Shown here in pieces: positions 11,180 through 26,031 of a stretch of DNA of 64,000 nt; the first letter of the stretch is position 1; each line of letters starts with the position of its first letter. The notes beneath the pieces were generated by a model. That model saw nothing but the letters and a program-made list of their open reading frames with translations, was not told the origin of the DNA and ran no database searches. The position numbers and the translations under genes were made by a program. The stretch lies in NCBI RefSeq assembly GCF_964355755.1, contig NC_092670.1, forward strand, positions 27,702,388 through 27,766,387, in the 5' to 3' direction. This DNA comes from Antedon mediterranea (lineage: Eukaryota; Animalia; Echinodermata).

Positions 11180-12630
11180 TTATGTTAACAAGTTTTTTCG
11201 AAAATCACAAATTGGTCTAAAACGTCTCCAAATGCGATTTGAAGCTATTTTAAGCACTTTGGTGTTTTTGTGTAACCAAGTTTTTTCGAAAATCACAAAA
11301 GGGTCTAAAATGTCTCAAAATGCGATTTGAAGCTATTCTGTACACTTTGATGTTTTTTTGTTAACAAGTTTTTTCGAAAGTCACAAAATGGTCTAAAACG
11401 TCTCCAAATGCGATTTGAAGCTATTCTAAGCACTTTGGTGTTTTTATGTTAACAAGTTTTTTCGAAAATCACAAAATGGTGTAAAACGTCTCCAAATGCG
11501 ATTTGAAGCTATTCTAAGCACTTTGGTGTTTTTATGTTAACAAGTTTTTTCGAAAATCACAAAATGGTGTAAAACTTCTCCAAATACGATTTTAAGCTAT
11601 TCTAAGCAATTTGGTGTTTTTATGTTAACAAGTTTTTTCGAAAATCACAAAATGGTCTAAAACGTCTCCAAATGCGATTTGAAGTTATTCTGTACACTTT
11701 GCTGTTTTGTGAGAATAATTTTTGTCGAAATGCTCAAAATGGTCAAAAACGTTTTTAAATACGATATTAAGCTATTTTGTGCTCTTTGATGTTTTTGTGT
11801 GAAAAGTTTTATCGAAATGCTCAAAATGGTCTAAAACGGTTTCTAATGTGATTTTAAGCACTTTGGTGTTTTTATGTTAACAAGTTTTTTTGAAAATCAC
11901 AAAATGGTCTAAAACGTCTCCAAATGTGATTTGAAGCTATTCTAAACACTTTGGTGTTTTTATGTTAACAAGTTTTTTCGAAAATCACAAATTGGTCTAA
12001 AACGTCTCCAAATGCGATTTGAAGCTATTTTAAGCACTTTGGTGTTTTTGTGTAACCAAGTTTTTTCGAAAATCACAAAAGGGTCTAAAATGTCTCAAAA
12101 TGCGATTTGAAGCTATTCTGTACACTTTGATGTTTTTTTGTTAACAAGTTTTTTCGAAAGTCACAAAATGGTCTAAAACGTCTCCAAATGCGATTTGAAG
12201 CTATTCTAAGCACTTTGGTGTTTTTATGTTAACAAGTTTTTTCGAAAATCACAAAATGGTGTAAAACGTCTCCAAATGCGATTTGAAGCTATTCTAAGCA
12301 CTTTGGTGTTTTTATGTTAACAAGTTTTTTCGAAAATCACAAAATGGTGTAAAACTTCTCCAAATACGATTTTAAGCTATTCTAAGCAATTTGGTGTTTT
12401 TATGTTAACAAGTTTTTTCGAAAATCACAAAATGGTCTAAAACGTCTCCAAATGCGATTTGAAGCTATTCTGTACACTTTGCTGTTTTGTGTGAATAATT
12501 TTTGTTGAAATGCTCAAAATGGTCAAAAACGTTTTTAAATACTATATTATGCTATTTTGTGTTCTTTGATGTTTTTGTGTGAAAAGTTTTATCGAAATGC
12601 TCAAAATGGTCTAAAACGGTTTCTAATGTG
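11180..12630 (+). repeat. Near-tandem 780-bp unit (9 monomers: 9x88-12), about 1.9 copies
   Basis: AAAATCACAAATTGG at 11201/11981 and AAAACTTCTCCAAATACG at 11571/12351. The B monomers differ by a few SNPs. Confidence 0.85.
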
Positions 12631-14312
12631 ATTCTAAGCACTTTGGTGTTTTTATGTTAAGAAGTTTTTTCGAAAATCACAAAATGGTATAAAACGTCTC
12701 CAAATGCGATTTTAAGGTATTCTAAGCACTTTGGTGTTTTTATGTTAACAAGTTTTTTCGAAAATCACAAAATGGTCTAAAACGTCTACAAATGCGATTT
12801 GAAGCTATTCTAAGCACTTTGGTGTTTTTATGTTAACAAGTTTTTTCGAAAATCACAAAATGGTCTAAAACGTCTCCAAATGCGATTTGAAGCTATTCTG
12901 TACACTTTGCTGTTTTGTGTGAATAATTTTTGTCGAAATGCTCAAAATGGTCAAAAACGTTTTTAAATACGATATTAAGCTATTTTGTGCTCTTTGATGT
13001 TTTTGTGTGAAAAGTTTTATCGAAATGCTCAAAATGGTCTAAAACGGTTTCTAATGTGATTTTAAGCACTTTGATGTTTTTATGTTAACAACTTTTTTAG
13101 AAAATCACAAAATGGTCTAAAACGTCTCCAAATGCGATTTGAAGCAATTCTAAGCACTTTGGTGTTTTTATGGTAACGAGTTTTTTTGAATATCACAAAA
13201 TGGTCTAAAATGTCTCCAAATGCGATTTGAAGCTATTCTGTACACTTTGATGTTTTTTTGTTAACAAGTTTTTTCGAAAGTCACAAAATGGTCTAAAACG
13301 TCTCCAAATGCGATTTGAAGCTATTCTAAGCACTTTGGTGTTTTTATGTTAACAAGTTTTTTCGAAAATCACAAAATGGTGTAAAACGTCTCCAAATGCG
13401 ATTTGAAGCTATTCTAAGCACTTTGGTGTTTTTATGTTAACAAGTTTTTTCGAAAATCACAAAATGGTGTAAAACTTCTCCAAATACGATTTTAAGCTAT
13501 TCTAAGCAATTTGGTGTTTTTATGTTAACAAGTTTTTTCGAAAATCACAAAATGGTCTAAAACGTCTCCAAATGCGATTTGAAGCTATTCTGTACACTTT
13601 GCTGTTTTGTGTGAATAATTTTTGTTGAAATGCTCAAAATGGTCAAAAACGTTTTTAAATACTATATTAAGCTATTTTGTGTTCTTTGATGTTTTTGTGT
13701 GAAAAGTTTTATCGAAATGCTCAAAATGGTCTAAAACGGTTTCTAATGTGATTTTAAGCACTTTGATGTTTTTATGTTAACAACTTTTTTAGAAAATCAC
13801 AAAATGGTCTAAAACGTCTCCAAATGCGATTTTAAGCAATTCTAAGCACTTTGGTGTTTTTATGGTAACGAGTTATTTCGAAAATCACAAAATGGTCTAA
13901 AAGGTCTCCAAATGCGATTTGAAGCTATTCTGTACACTTTGCTGTTTTGTGTGAATAATTTTTGTCAAAATGCTCAAAATGGTCAAAAACGTTTTTTAAT
14001 ACTATATTAAGCTATTTTGTGCTCTTTGATGTTTTTGTGTGAAAAGTTTTATCGAAATGCTAAAAATGGTCTAAAACGGTTTCTAATGTGATTTTAAGCA
14101 CTTTGATGTTTTTATGTTAACAACTTTTTTAGAAAATTACAAAATGGTGTAAAACGTCTCCAAATGCGATTTGAAGCTATTCTAAGCACTTTGGTGTTTT
14201 TATGGTAACGAGTTTTTTTGAATATCACAAAATGGTCTAAAATGTCTCCAAATGCGATTTGAAGCTTTTCTAAGCACTTTGGTGTTTTTATGTTAACAAG
14301 TTTTTTCGAAAA

Positions 14313-17300
14313 TCACAAAATGGTCTAAAACGTCTCCAAATGTGATTTGAAGCTATTCTAAACACTTTGGTGTTTTTATGTTAACAAGTTTTTTCGAAAA
14401 TCACAAATTGGTCTAAAACGTCTCTAAATGCGATTTGAAGCTAGTTTAAGCACTTTGGTGTTTTTGTGTAACCAAGTTTTTTCGAAAATCACAAAAGGGT
14501 CTAAAATGTCTCAAAATGCGATTTGAAGCTATTCTGTACACTTTGATGTTTTTTTTGTTAACAAGTTTTTTCGAAAGTCACAAAATGGTCTAAAACGTCT
14601 CCAAATGCGATTTGAAGCTATTCTAAGCACTTTGGTGTTTTTATGTTAACAAGTTTTTTCGAAAATCACAAAATGGTGTAAAACGTCTCCAAATGCGATT
14701 TGAAGCTATTCTAAGCAATTTGGTGTTTTTATGTTAACAAGTTTTTTCGAAAATCACAAAATGGTGTAAAACGTCTCCAAATGCGATTTTAAGCTATTCT
14801 AAGCAATTTGGTGTTTTTTTATGTTAACAAGTTTTTTCGAAAATCACAAAATGGTCTAAAACGTCTCCAAATGCGATTTGAAGCTATTCTGTACACTTTG
14901 CTGTTTTGTGAGAATAATTTTTGTCGAAATGCTCAAAATGGTCAAAAACGTTTTTAAATACGATATTAAGCTATTTTGTGCTCTTTGATGTTTTTGTGTG
15001 AAAAGTTTTATCGAAATGCTCAAAATGGTCTAAAACGGTTTCTAATGTGATTTTAAGCACTTTGGTGTTTTTATGTTAACAAGTTTTTTCGAAAATCACA
15101 AAATGGTCTAAAACGTCTCCAATTGTGATTTGAAGCTATTCTAAACACTTTGGTGTTTTTATGTTAACAAGTTTTTTCGAAAATCACAAATTGGTCTAAA
15201 ACGTCTCCAAATGCGATTTGAAGCTATTTTAAGCACTTTGGTGTTTTTGTGTAACCAAGTTTTTTCGAAAATCACAAAAGGGTCTAAAATGTCTCAAAAT
15301 GCGATTTGAAGCTATTCTGTACACTTTGATGTTTTTTTGTTAACAAGTTTTTTCGAAAGTCACAAAATGGTCTAAAACGTCTCCAAATGCGATTTGAAGC
15401 TATTCTAAGCACTTTTCTGTTTTGTGTGAATAATTTTTGTCGAAATGCTCAAAATGGTCAAAAACGTTTTTAAATACGATATTAAGCTATTTTGTGCTCT
15501 TTGATGTTTTTGTGTGAAAAGTTTTATCGAAATGCTCAAAATGGTCTAAAACGGTTTCTAATGTGATTTTAAGCACTTTGATGTTTTTATGTTAACAACT
15601 TTTTTAGAAAATCACAAAATGGTCTAAAACGTCTCCAAATGCGATTTGAAGCAATTCTAAGCACTTTGGTGTTTTTATGGTAACGAGTTTTTTTGAATAT
15701 CACAAAATGGTCTAAAATGTCTCCAAATGCGATTTGAAGCTTTTCTAAGCACTTTGGTGTTTTTATGTTAACAAGTTTTTTCGAAAATCACAAAAGGGTC
15801 TAAAACGTCTCCAAATGCGATTTGAAGCTATTCTAAGCACTTTGGTGTTATTATGTTAACAAGTTTTTTCGAAAATCACAAATTGGTCTAAAACGTCTCC
15901 AAATGCGATTTGAAGCTATTTTAAGCACTTTGGTGTTTTTGTGTAACCAAGTTTTTTCGAAAATCACAAAATGGTATAAAACGTCTCCAAATGCGATTTT
16001 AAGGTATTCTAAGCACTTTGGTGTTTTTATGTTAACAAGTTTTTTCGAAAATCACAAAATGGTCTAAAACGTCTCCAAATGCGATTTGAAGCTATTCTGT
16101 ACACTTTGCTGTTTTGTGTGAATAATTTTTGTCGAAATGCTCAAAATGGTCAAAAACGTTTTTAAATACGATATTAAGCTATTTTGTGCTCTTTGATGTT
16201 TTTGTGTGAAAAGTTTTATCGAAATGCTCAAAATGGTCTAAAACGGTTTCTAATGTGATTTTAAGCACTTTGATGTTTTTATGTTAACAACTTTTTTAGA
16301 AAATCACAAAATGGTCTAAAACGTCTCCAAATGCGATTTGAAGCAATTCTAAGCACTTTGGTGTTTTTATGGTAACGAGTTTTTTTGAATATCACAAAAT
16401 GGTCTAAAATGTCTCCAAATGCGATTTGAAGCTAATCTGTACACTTTGATGTTTTTTTGTTAACAAGTTTTTTCGAAAGTCACAAAATGGTCTAAAACGT
16501 CTCCAAATGTGATTTGAAGCTATTCTAAACACTTTGGTGTTTTTATGTTAACAAGTTTTTTCGAAAATCACAAATTGGTCTAAAACGTCTCCAAATGCGA
16601 TTTGAAGCTAGTTTAAGCACTTTGGTGTTTTTGTGTAACCAAGTTTTTTCGAAAATCACAAAAGGGTCTAAAATGTCTCAAAATGCGATTTGAAGCTATT
16701 CTGTACACTTTGATGTTTTTTTTGTTAACAAGTTTTTTCGAAAGTCACAAAATGGTCTAAAACGTCTCCAAATGCGATTTGAAGCTATTCTAAGCACTTT
16801 GGTGTTTTTATGTTAACAAGTTTTTTCGAAAATCACAAAATGGTGTAAAACGTCTCCAAATGCGATTTGAAGCTATTCTAAGCAATTTGGTGTTTTTATG
16901 TTAACAAGTTTTTTCGAAAATCACAAAATGGTGTAAAACGTCTCCAAATGCGATTTTAAGCTATTCTAAGCAATTTGGTGTTTTTTTATGTTAACAAGTT
17001 TTTTCGAAAATCACAAAATGGTCTAAAACGTCTCCAAATGCGATTTGTAGCTATTCTGTACACTTTGCTGTTTTGTGAGAATATTTTTTGTCGAAATGCT
17101 CAAAATGGTCAAAAACGTTTTTAAATACGATATTAAGCTATTTTGTGCTCTTTGATGTTTTTGTGTGAAAAGTTTTATCGAAATGCTCAAAATGGTCTAA
17201 AACGGTTTCTAATGTGATTTTAAGCACTTTGGTGTTTTTATGTTAACAAGTTTTTTCGAAAATCACAAAATGGTCTAAAACGTCTCCAATTGTGATTTGA

Positions 17301-19456
17301 AGCTATTCTAAACACTTTGGTGTTTTTATGTTAACAAGTTTTTTCGAAAATCACAAATTGGTCTAAAACGTCTCCAAATGCGATTTGAAGCTATTTTAAG
17401 CACTTTGGTGTTTTTGTGTAACCAAGTTTTTTCGAAAATCACAAAAGGGTCTAAAATGTCTCAAAATGCGATTTGAAGCTATTCTGTACACTTTGATGTT
17501 TTTTTGTTAACAAGTTTTTTCGAAAGTCACAAAATGGTCTAAAACGTCTCCAAATGCGATTTGAAGCTATTCTAAGCACTTTTCTGTTTTGTGTGAATAA
17601 TTTTTGTCGAAATGCTCAAAATGGTCAAAAACGTTTTTAAATACGATATTAAGCTATTTTGTGCTCTTTGATGTTTTTGTGTGAAAAGTTTTATCGAAAT
17701 GCTCAAAATGGTCTAAAACGGTTTCTAATGTGATTTTAAGCACTTTGATGTTTTTATGTTAACAACTTTTTTAGAAAATCACAAAATGGTCTAAAACGTC
17801 TCCAAATGCGATTTGAAGCAATTCTAAGCACTTTGGTGTTTTTATGGTAACGAGTTTTTTTGAATATCACAAAATGGTCTAAAATGTCTCCAAATGCGAT
17901 TTGAAGCTTTTCTAAGCACTTTGGTGTTTTTATGTTAACAAGTTTTTTCGAAAATCACAAAAGGGTCTAAAACGTCTCCAAATGCGATTTGAAGCTATTC
18001 TAAGCACTTTGGTGTTATTATGTTAACAAGTTTTTTCGAAAATCACAAATTGGTCTAAAACGTCTCCAAATGCGATTTGAAGCTATTTTAAGCACTTTGG
18101 TGTTTTTGTGTAACCAAGTTTTTTCGAAAATCACAAAATGGTATAAAACGTCTCCAAATGCGATTTTAAGGTATTCTAAGCACTTTGGTGTTTTTATGTT
18201 AACAAGTTTTTTCGAAAATCACAAAATGGTCTAAAACGTCTCCAAATGCGATTTGAAGCTATTCTGTACACTTTGCTGTTTTGTGTGAATAATTTTTGTC
18301 GAAATGCTCAAAATGGTCAAAAACGTTTTTAAATACGATATTAAGCTATTTTGTGCTCTTTGATGTTTTTGTGTGAAAAGTTTTATCGAAATGCTCAAAA
18401 TGGTCTAAAACGGTTTCTAATGTGATTTTAAGCACTTTGATGTTTTTATGTTAACAACTTTTTTAGAAAATCACAAAATGGTCTAAAACGTCTCCAAATG
18501 CGATTTGAAGCAATTCTAAGCACTTTGGTGTTTTTATGGTAACGAGTTTTTTTGAATATCACAAAATGGTCTAAAATGTCTCCAAATGCGATTTGAAGCT
18601 AATCTGTACACTTTGATGTTTTTTTGTTAACAAGTTTTTTCGAAAGTCACAAAATGGTCTAAAACGTCTCCAAATGTGATTTGAAGCTATTCTAAACACT
18701 TTGGTGTTTTTATGTTAACAAGTTTTTTCGAAAATCACAAATTGGTCTAAAACGTCTCCAAATGCGATTTGAAGCTAGTTTAAGCACTTTGGTGTTTTTG
18801 TGTAACCAAGTTTTTTCGAAAATCACAAAAGGGTCTAAAATGTCTCAAAATGCGATTTGAAGCTATTCTGTACACTTTGATGTTTTTTTTGTTAACAAGT
18901 TTTTTCGAAAGTCACAAAATGGTCTAAAACGTCTCCAAATGCGATTTGAAGCTATTCTAAGCACTTTGGTGTTTTTATGTTAACAAGTTTTTTCGAAAAT
19001 CACAAAATGGTGTAAAACGTCTCCAAATGCGATTTGAAGCTATTCTAAGCAATTTGGTGTTTTTATGTTAACAAGTTTTTTCGAAAATCACAAAATGGTG
19101 TAAAACGTCTCCAAATGCGATTTTAAGCTATTCTAAGCAATTTGGTGTTTTTTTATGTTAACAAGTTTTTTCGAAAATCACAAAATGGTCTAAAACGTCT
19201 CCAAATGCGATTTGTAGCTATTCTGTACACTTTGCTGTTTTGTGAGAATATTTTTTGTCGAAATGCTCAAAATGGTCAAAAACGTTTTTAAATACGATAT
19301 TAAGCTATTTTGTGCTCTTTGATGTTTTTGTGTGAAAAGTTTTATCGAAATGCTCAAAATGGTCTAAAACGGTTTCTAATGTGATTTTAAGCACTTTGGT
19401 GTTTTTATGTTAACAAGTTTTTTCGAAAATCACAAAATGGTCTAAAACGTCTCCAA
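14313..19456 (+). repeat. Tandem duplication of a 2,167-bp unit (25 monomers: 25x88-36+3), about 2.4 copies
   Basis: Rare markers at offset 2167: AATTGTGA at 15121/17288, ACTTTTCTG at 15411/17578, GCTAATCTG at 16431/18598, GATTTGTAG at 17042/19209. Confidence 0.92.
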
Positions 19457-22400
19457 ATGTGATTTGAAGCTATTCTAAACACTTTGGTGTTTTTATGTTA
19501 ACAAGTTTTTTCGAAAATCACAAATTGGTCTAAAACGTCTCCAAATGCGATTTGAAGCTATTTTAAGCACTTTGGTGTTTTTGTGTAACCAAGTTTTTTC
19601 GAAAATCACAAAAGGGTCTAAAATGTCTCAAAATGCGATTTGAAGCTATTCTGTACACTTTGATGTTTTTTTGTTAACAAGTTTTTTCGAAAGTCACAAA
19701 ATGGTCTAAAACGTCTCCAAATGCGATTTGAAGCTATTCTAAGCACTTTGCTGTTTTGTGTGAATAATTTTTGTCGAAATGCTCAAAATGGTCAAAAACG
19801 TTTTTAAATACGATTTTAAGCTATTTTTTGCTCTTTGATGTTTTTGTGTGAAAAGTTTTATCGAAATGCTCAAAATGGTCTAAAACGGTTTCTAATGTGA
19901 TTTTAAGCACTTTGATGTTTTTATGTTAACAACTTTTTTAGAAAATCACAAAATGGTCTAAAACGTCTCCAAATGCGATTTGAAGCAATTCTAAGCACTT
20001 TGGTGTTTTTATGGTAACGAGTTTTTTTGAATATCACAAAATGGTCTAAAATGTCTCCAAATGCGATTTGAAGCTTTTCTAAGCACTTTGGTGTTTTTAT
20101 GTTAACAAGTTTTTTCGAAAATCACAAAATGGTCTAAAACGTCTCCAAATGCGATTTGAAGCTATTCTGTACACTTTGCTGTTTTGTGTGAATAATTTTT
20201 GTCGAAATGCTCAAAATGGTCAAAAACGTTTTTAAATACGATATTAAGCTATTTTGTGCTCTTTGATGTTTTTGTGTGAAAAGTTTTATCGAAATGCTCA
20301 AAATGGTCTAAAACGGTTTCTAATGTGATTTTAAGCACTTTGATGTTTTTATGTTAACAACTTTTTTAGAAAATTACAAAATGGTGTAAAACGTCTCCAA
20401 ATGCGATTTGAAGCTATTCTAAGCAATTTGGTGTTTTTATGTTAACATGTTTTTTCGAAAATCACAAAATGGTCTAAAACGTCTCCAAATGCGATTTGAA
20501 GCTATTCTAAGCACTTTTGTGTTTTTATGTTAACAAGTTTTTTCGAAAATCACAAAATGGTCTAAAATGTCTCCAAATGCGATTTGAAGCTTTTCTAAGC
20601 ACTTTTGTGTTTTTATGTTTACAAGTTTTTTCGAAAATCACAAAATGGTCTAAAACGTCTCCAAATGCGATTTGAAGCTATTCTGTACACTTTGCTGTTT
20701 TGTGTGAATAATTTTTGTCAAAATGCTCAAAATGGTCAAAAACGTTTTTAAATACTATATTAAGCTATTTTGTGTTCTTTGATGTTTTTATGTGAAAAGT
20801 TTTATCGAAATGCTCAAAATGGTCTAAAACGGTTTCTAATGTGATTTTAAGAACTTTGATGTTTTTATGTTAAAAACTTTTTTAGAAAATCACAAAATGG
20901 TCTAAAACGTCTCCAAATGCGATTTGAAGCAATTCTAAGCACTTTGGTGTTTTTATGTTAACATGTTTTTTCGAAAATCACAAAATGGTCTACAACGTCT
21001 CCAAATGCGATTTGAAGATATTCTAAGCACTTTGGTGTTTTTATGTTAACAAGTTTTTTCGAAAATCACAAAGTGGTATAAAACGTCTCCAAATGCGATT
21101 TTAAGGTATTCTAAGCACTTTGGTGTTTTTATGTTAACAAGTTTTTTCGAAAATCACAAAATGGTCTAAAACGTCTCCAAATGTGATTTGAAGCTATTCT
21201 AAACACTTTGGTGTTTTTATGTTAACAAGTTTTTTTGAAAATCACAAATTGGTCTAAAACGTCTCCAAATGCGATTTGAAGCTATTTTAAGCACTTTGGT
21301 GTTTTTGTGTAACCAAGTTTTTTCGAAAATCACAAAAGGGTCTAAAATGTCTCAAAATGCGATTTGAAGCTATTCTGTACACTTTGATGTTTTTATGTTA
21401 ACAACTTTTTTAGAAAATCACAAAATGGTCTAAAACGTCTCCAAATGCGATTTGAAGCAATTCTAAGCACTTTGGTGTTTTTATGGTAACGAGTTTTTTT
21501 GAATATCACAAAATGGTCTAAAATGTCTCCAAATGCGATTTGAAGCTTTTCTAAGCACTTTGGTGTTTTTATGTTAACAAGTTTTTTCGAAAATCACAAA
21601 ATGGTCTAAAACGTCTCCAAATGCGATTTGAAGCTATTCTGTACACTTTGCTGTTTTGTGTGAATAATTTTTGTCGAAATGCTCAAAATGGTCAAAAACG
21701 TTTTTAAATACGATATTAAGCTATTTTGTGCTCTTTGATGTTTTTGTGTGAAAAGTTTTATCGAAATGCTCAAAATGGTCTAAAACGGTTTCTAATGTGA
21801 TTTTAAGCACTTTGATGTTTTTATGTTAACAACTTTTTTCGAAAATCACAAAATGGTCTAAAACGTCTCCAAATGCGATTTGAAGCTATTCTAAGCACTT
21901 TGGTGTTTTTATGTTAACAAGTTTTTTCGAAAATCACAAAATGGTGTAAAACGTCTCCAAATGCGATTTGAAGCTATTCTAAGCAATTTTGTGTTTTTAT
22001 GTTAACAAGTTTTTTCGAAAATCACAAAATGGTCTAAAACGTCTCCAAATGCGATTTGAAGCTATTCTAAGCACTTTTGTGTTTTTATGTTAACAAGTTT
22101 TTTCGAAAATCACAAAATGGTCTAAAATGTCTCAAAATGCGATTTGAAGCTATTCTGTACACTTTGCTGTTTTGTGTGAATAATTTTTGTCAAAATGCTC
22201 AAAATGGTCAAAAACGTTTTTAAATACTATATTAAGCTATTTTGTGTTCTTTGATGTTTTTGTGTGAAAAGTTTTTTTGAAATGCTCAAAATGGTCTAAA
22301 ACGGTTTCTAATGTGATTTTAAGCACTTTGATGTTTTTATGTTAACAACTTTTTTAGAAAATTACAAAATGGTCTAAAACGTCTCCAAATGCGATTTGAA

Positions 22401-25400
22401 GCAATTCTAAGCACTTTGGTGTTTTTATGTTAACAAGTTTTTTCGAAAATCACAAAATGGTCTAAAACGTCTCCAAATGCGATTTGAAGCTATTCGGTAC
22501 ACTTTGCTGTTTTGTGTGAATAATTTTTGTTGAAATGCTCAAAATGGTCAAAAACGTTTTTAAATACGATATTAAGCTATTTTGTGCTCTTTGATGTATT
22601 TGTGTGAAAAGTTTTATCGAAATGCTCAAAATGGTCTAAAACGGTTTCTAATGTGATTTTAAGCACTTTGGTGTTTTTATGTTAACAAGTTTTTTCGAAA
22701 ATCACAAAATGGTCTAAAATGTCTCCAAATGCGATCTGAAGCTTTTCTAAGCACTTTGGTGTTTTTATGTTAACAAGTTTTTTCGAAAATCACAAAATGG
22801 TCTAAAACGTCTCCAAATGTGATTTGAAGCTATTCTAAACACTTTGGTGTTTTTATGTTAACAAGTTTTTTCGAAAATCACAAATTGGTCTAAAACGTCT
22901 CCAAATGCGATTTGAAGCTATTTTAAGCACTTTGGTTTTTTTGTGTAACCAAGTTTTTTCGAAAATCACAAAAGGGTCTAAAATGTCTCAAAATGCGATT
23001 TGAAGCTATTCTGTACACTTTGATGTTTTTTTGTTAACAAGTTTTTTCGAAAGTCACAAAATGGTCTAAAAAGTCTCCAAATGCGATTTGAAGCTATTCT
23101 AAGCACTTTGGTGTTTTTATGTTAACAAGTTTTATCGAAAATCACAAAATGGTGTAAAACGTCTCCAAATGCGATTTGAAGCTATTCTAAGCACTTTGGT
23201 GTTTTTATGTTAACAAGTTTTTTCGAAAATCACAAAATGGTGTAAAACGTCTCCAAATGCGATTTTAAGCTATTCTAAGCAATTTGGTGTTTTTATGTTA
23301 ACAAGTTTTTTCGAAAATCACAAAATGGTCTAAAACGTCTCCAAATGCGATTTGAAGCTATTCTGTACACTTTGCTGTTTTGTGAGAATAATTTTTGTCG
23401 AAATGCTCAAAATGGTCAAAAACGTTTTTAAATACGATATTAAGCTATTTTGTGCTCTTTGATGTTTTTGTGTGAAAAGTTTTATCGAAATGCTCAAAAT
23501 GGTCTAAAACGGTTTCTAATGTGATTTTAAGCACTTTGATGTTTTTATGTTAACAACTTTTTTAGAAAATTACAAAATGGTGTAAAACGTCTCCAAATGC
23601 GATTTGAAGCTATTCTAAGCAATTTCGTGTTTTTATGTTAACAAGTTTTTTCGAAAATCACAAAATGGTCTAAAACGTCTCCAAATGCGATTTGAAGCTA
23701 TTCTAAGCACTTTTGTGTTTTTATGTTAACAAGTTTTTTCGAAAATCACAAAATGGTCTAAAACGTCTCCAAATGCGATTTGAAGCTATTCTGTACACTT
23801 TGCTGTTTTGTGTGAATAATTTTTTGTCGAAATGCTCAAAATGGTCAAAAACGTTTTTAAATACGATATTAAGCTATTTTGTGCTCTTTGATGTTTTTGT
23901 GTGAAAAGTTTTATCGAAATGCTCAAAATGGTCTAAAACGGTTTCTAATGTGATTTTAAGCACTTTGATGTTTTTATGTTAACAACTTTTTTAGAAAATC
24001 ACAAAATGGTCTAAAACGTCTCCAAATGCGATTTGAAGCAATTCTAAGCACTTTGGTGTTTTTATGGTAACGAGTTTTTTTGAATATCACAAAATGGTCT
24101 AAAACGTCTCCAAATGCGATTTGAAGCTTTTCTAAGCACTTTGGTGTTTTTATGTTTACAAGTTTTTTCGAAAATCACAAAATGGTCTAAAACGGCTCCA
24201 AATACGATTTGAAGCTATTCTAAGCACTTTGGTGTTTTTATGTTAACAAGTTTTTTCGAAAATCACAAAATGGTCTAAAACGTCTCCAAATGCGATTTGA
24301 AGCTATTCTAAGCACTTTGGTGTTTTTATGTTAACAAGTTTTTTCGAAAATCACAAAATGGTGTAAAACGTCTCCAAATGCGATTTGAAGCTATTCTAAG
24401 CACTTTTGTGTTTTTATGTTAACAAGTTTTTTCGAAAATCACAAAATGGTCTAAAATGTCTCAAAATGCGATTTGAAGCTATTCTGTACACTTTGCTGTT
24501 TTGTGTGAATAATTTTTGTCAAAATGCTCAAAATGGTCAAAAACGTTTTTAAATACTATATTAAGCTATTTTGTGTTCTTTGATGTTTTTGTGTGAAAAG
24601 TTTTTTCGAAATGCTCAAAATGGTCTAAAACGGTTTCTAATGTGATTTTAAGCACTTTGATGTTTTTATGTTAACAACTTTTTTAGAAAATTACAAAATG
24701 GTCTAAAACGTCTCCAAATGCGATTTGAAGCAATTCTAAGCACTTTGGTGTTTTTATGTTAACAAGTTTTTTCGAAAATCACAAAATGGTCTAAAACGTC
24801 TCCAAATGCGATTTGAAGCTATTCTGTACACTTTGCTGTTTTGTGTGAATAATTTTTGTTGAAATGCTCAAAATGGTCAAAAACGTTTTTAAATACGATA
24901 TTAAGCTATTTTGTGCTCTTTGATGTTTTTGTGTGAAAAGTTTTATCGAAATGCTCAAAATGGTCTAAAACGGTTTCTAATGTGATTTTAAGCACTTTGG
25001 TGTTTTTATGTTAACAAGTTTTTTCGAAAATCACAAAATGGTCTAAAACGTCTCCAAATGTGATTTGAAGCTATTCTAAACACTTTGGTGTTTTTATGTT
25101 AACAAGTTTTTTCGAAAATCACAAATTGGTCTAAAACGTCTCCAAATGCGATTTGAAGCTATTTTAAGCACTTTGGTGTTTTTGTGTAACCAAGTTTTTT
25201 CGAAAATCACAAAAGGGTCTAAAATGTCTCAAAATGCGATTTGAAGCTATTCTGTACACTTTGATGTTTTTTTGTTAACAAGTTTTTTCGAAAGTCACAA
25301 AATGGTCTAAAAAGTCTCCAAATGCGATTTGAAGCTATTCTAAGCACTTTGGTGTTTTTATGTTAACAAGTTTTATCGAAAATCACAAAATGGTGTAAAA

Positions 25401-26031
25401 CGTCTCCAAATGCGATTTGAAGCTATTCTAAGCACTTTGGTGTTTTTATGTTAACAAGTTTTTTCGAAAATCACAAAATGGTGTAAAACGTCTCCAAATG
25501 CGATTTTAAGCTATTCTAAGCAATTTGGTGTTTTTATGTTAACAAGTTTTTTCGAAAATCACAAAATGGTCTAAAACGTCTCCAAATGCGATTTGAAGCT
25601 ATTCTGTACACTTTGCTGTTTTGTGAGAATAATTTTTGTCGAAATGCTCAAAATGGTCAAAAACGTTTTTAAATACGATATTAAGCTATTTTGTGCTCTT
25701 TGATGTTTTTGTGTGAAAAGTTTTATCGAAATGCTCAAAATGGTCTAAAACGGTTTCTAATGTGATTTTAAGCACTTTGATGTTTTTATGTTAACAACTT
25801 TTTTAGAAAATTACAAAATGGTGTAAAACGTCTCCAAATGCGATTTGAAGCTATTCTAAGCAATTTCGTGTTTTTATGTTAACAAGTTTTTTCGAAAATC
25901 ACAAAATGGTCTAAAACGTCTCCAAATGCGATTTGAAGCTATTCTAAGCACTTTTGTGTTTTTATGTTAACAAGTTTTTTCGAAAATCACAAAATGGTCT
26001 AAAATGTCTCCAAATGCGATTTTAAGGTATT
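18116..26031 (+). repeat. Block duplication, ~7.9 kb, copied at ~30379-38294 (offset 12,263)
   Basis: Shared markers: GCTAATCTG at 18598/30861, TATTCGGTAC at 22491/34754, GCGATCTG at 22731/34994, and the ORF-creating +T at 23713/35976. About six substitutions noticed. Confidence 0.93.

Noticed and set aside
23713-23904. 63-aa ORF MCFYVNKFFRKSQNGLK..., identical at 35976, 47724 and 60687
   Set aside because: It lies wholly in satellite monomers, starts at TTG, and is open only because of a +1 T in AATAATTTTTTGTC. The identical copies reflect block duplication, and there is no recognisable domain or gene context.
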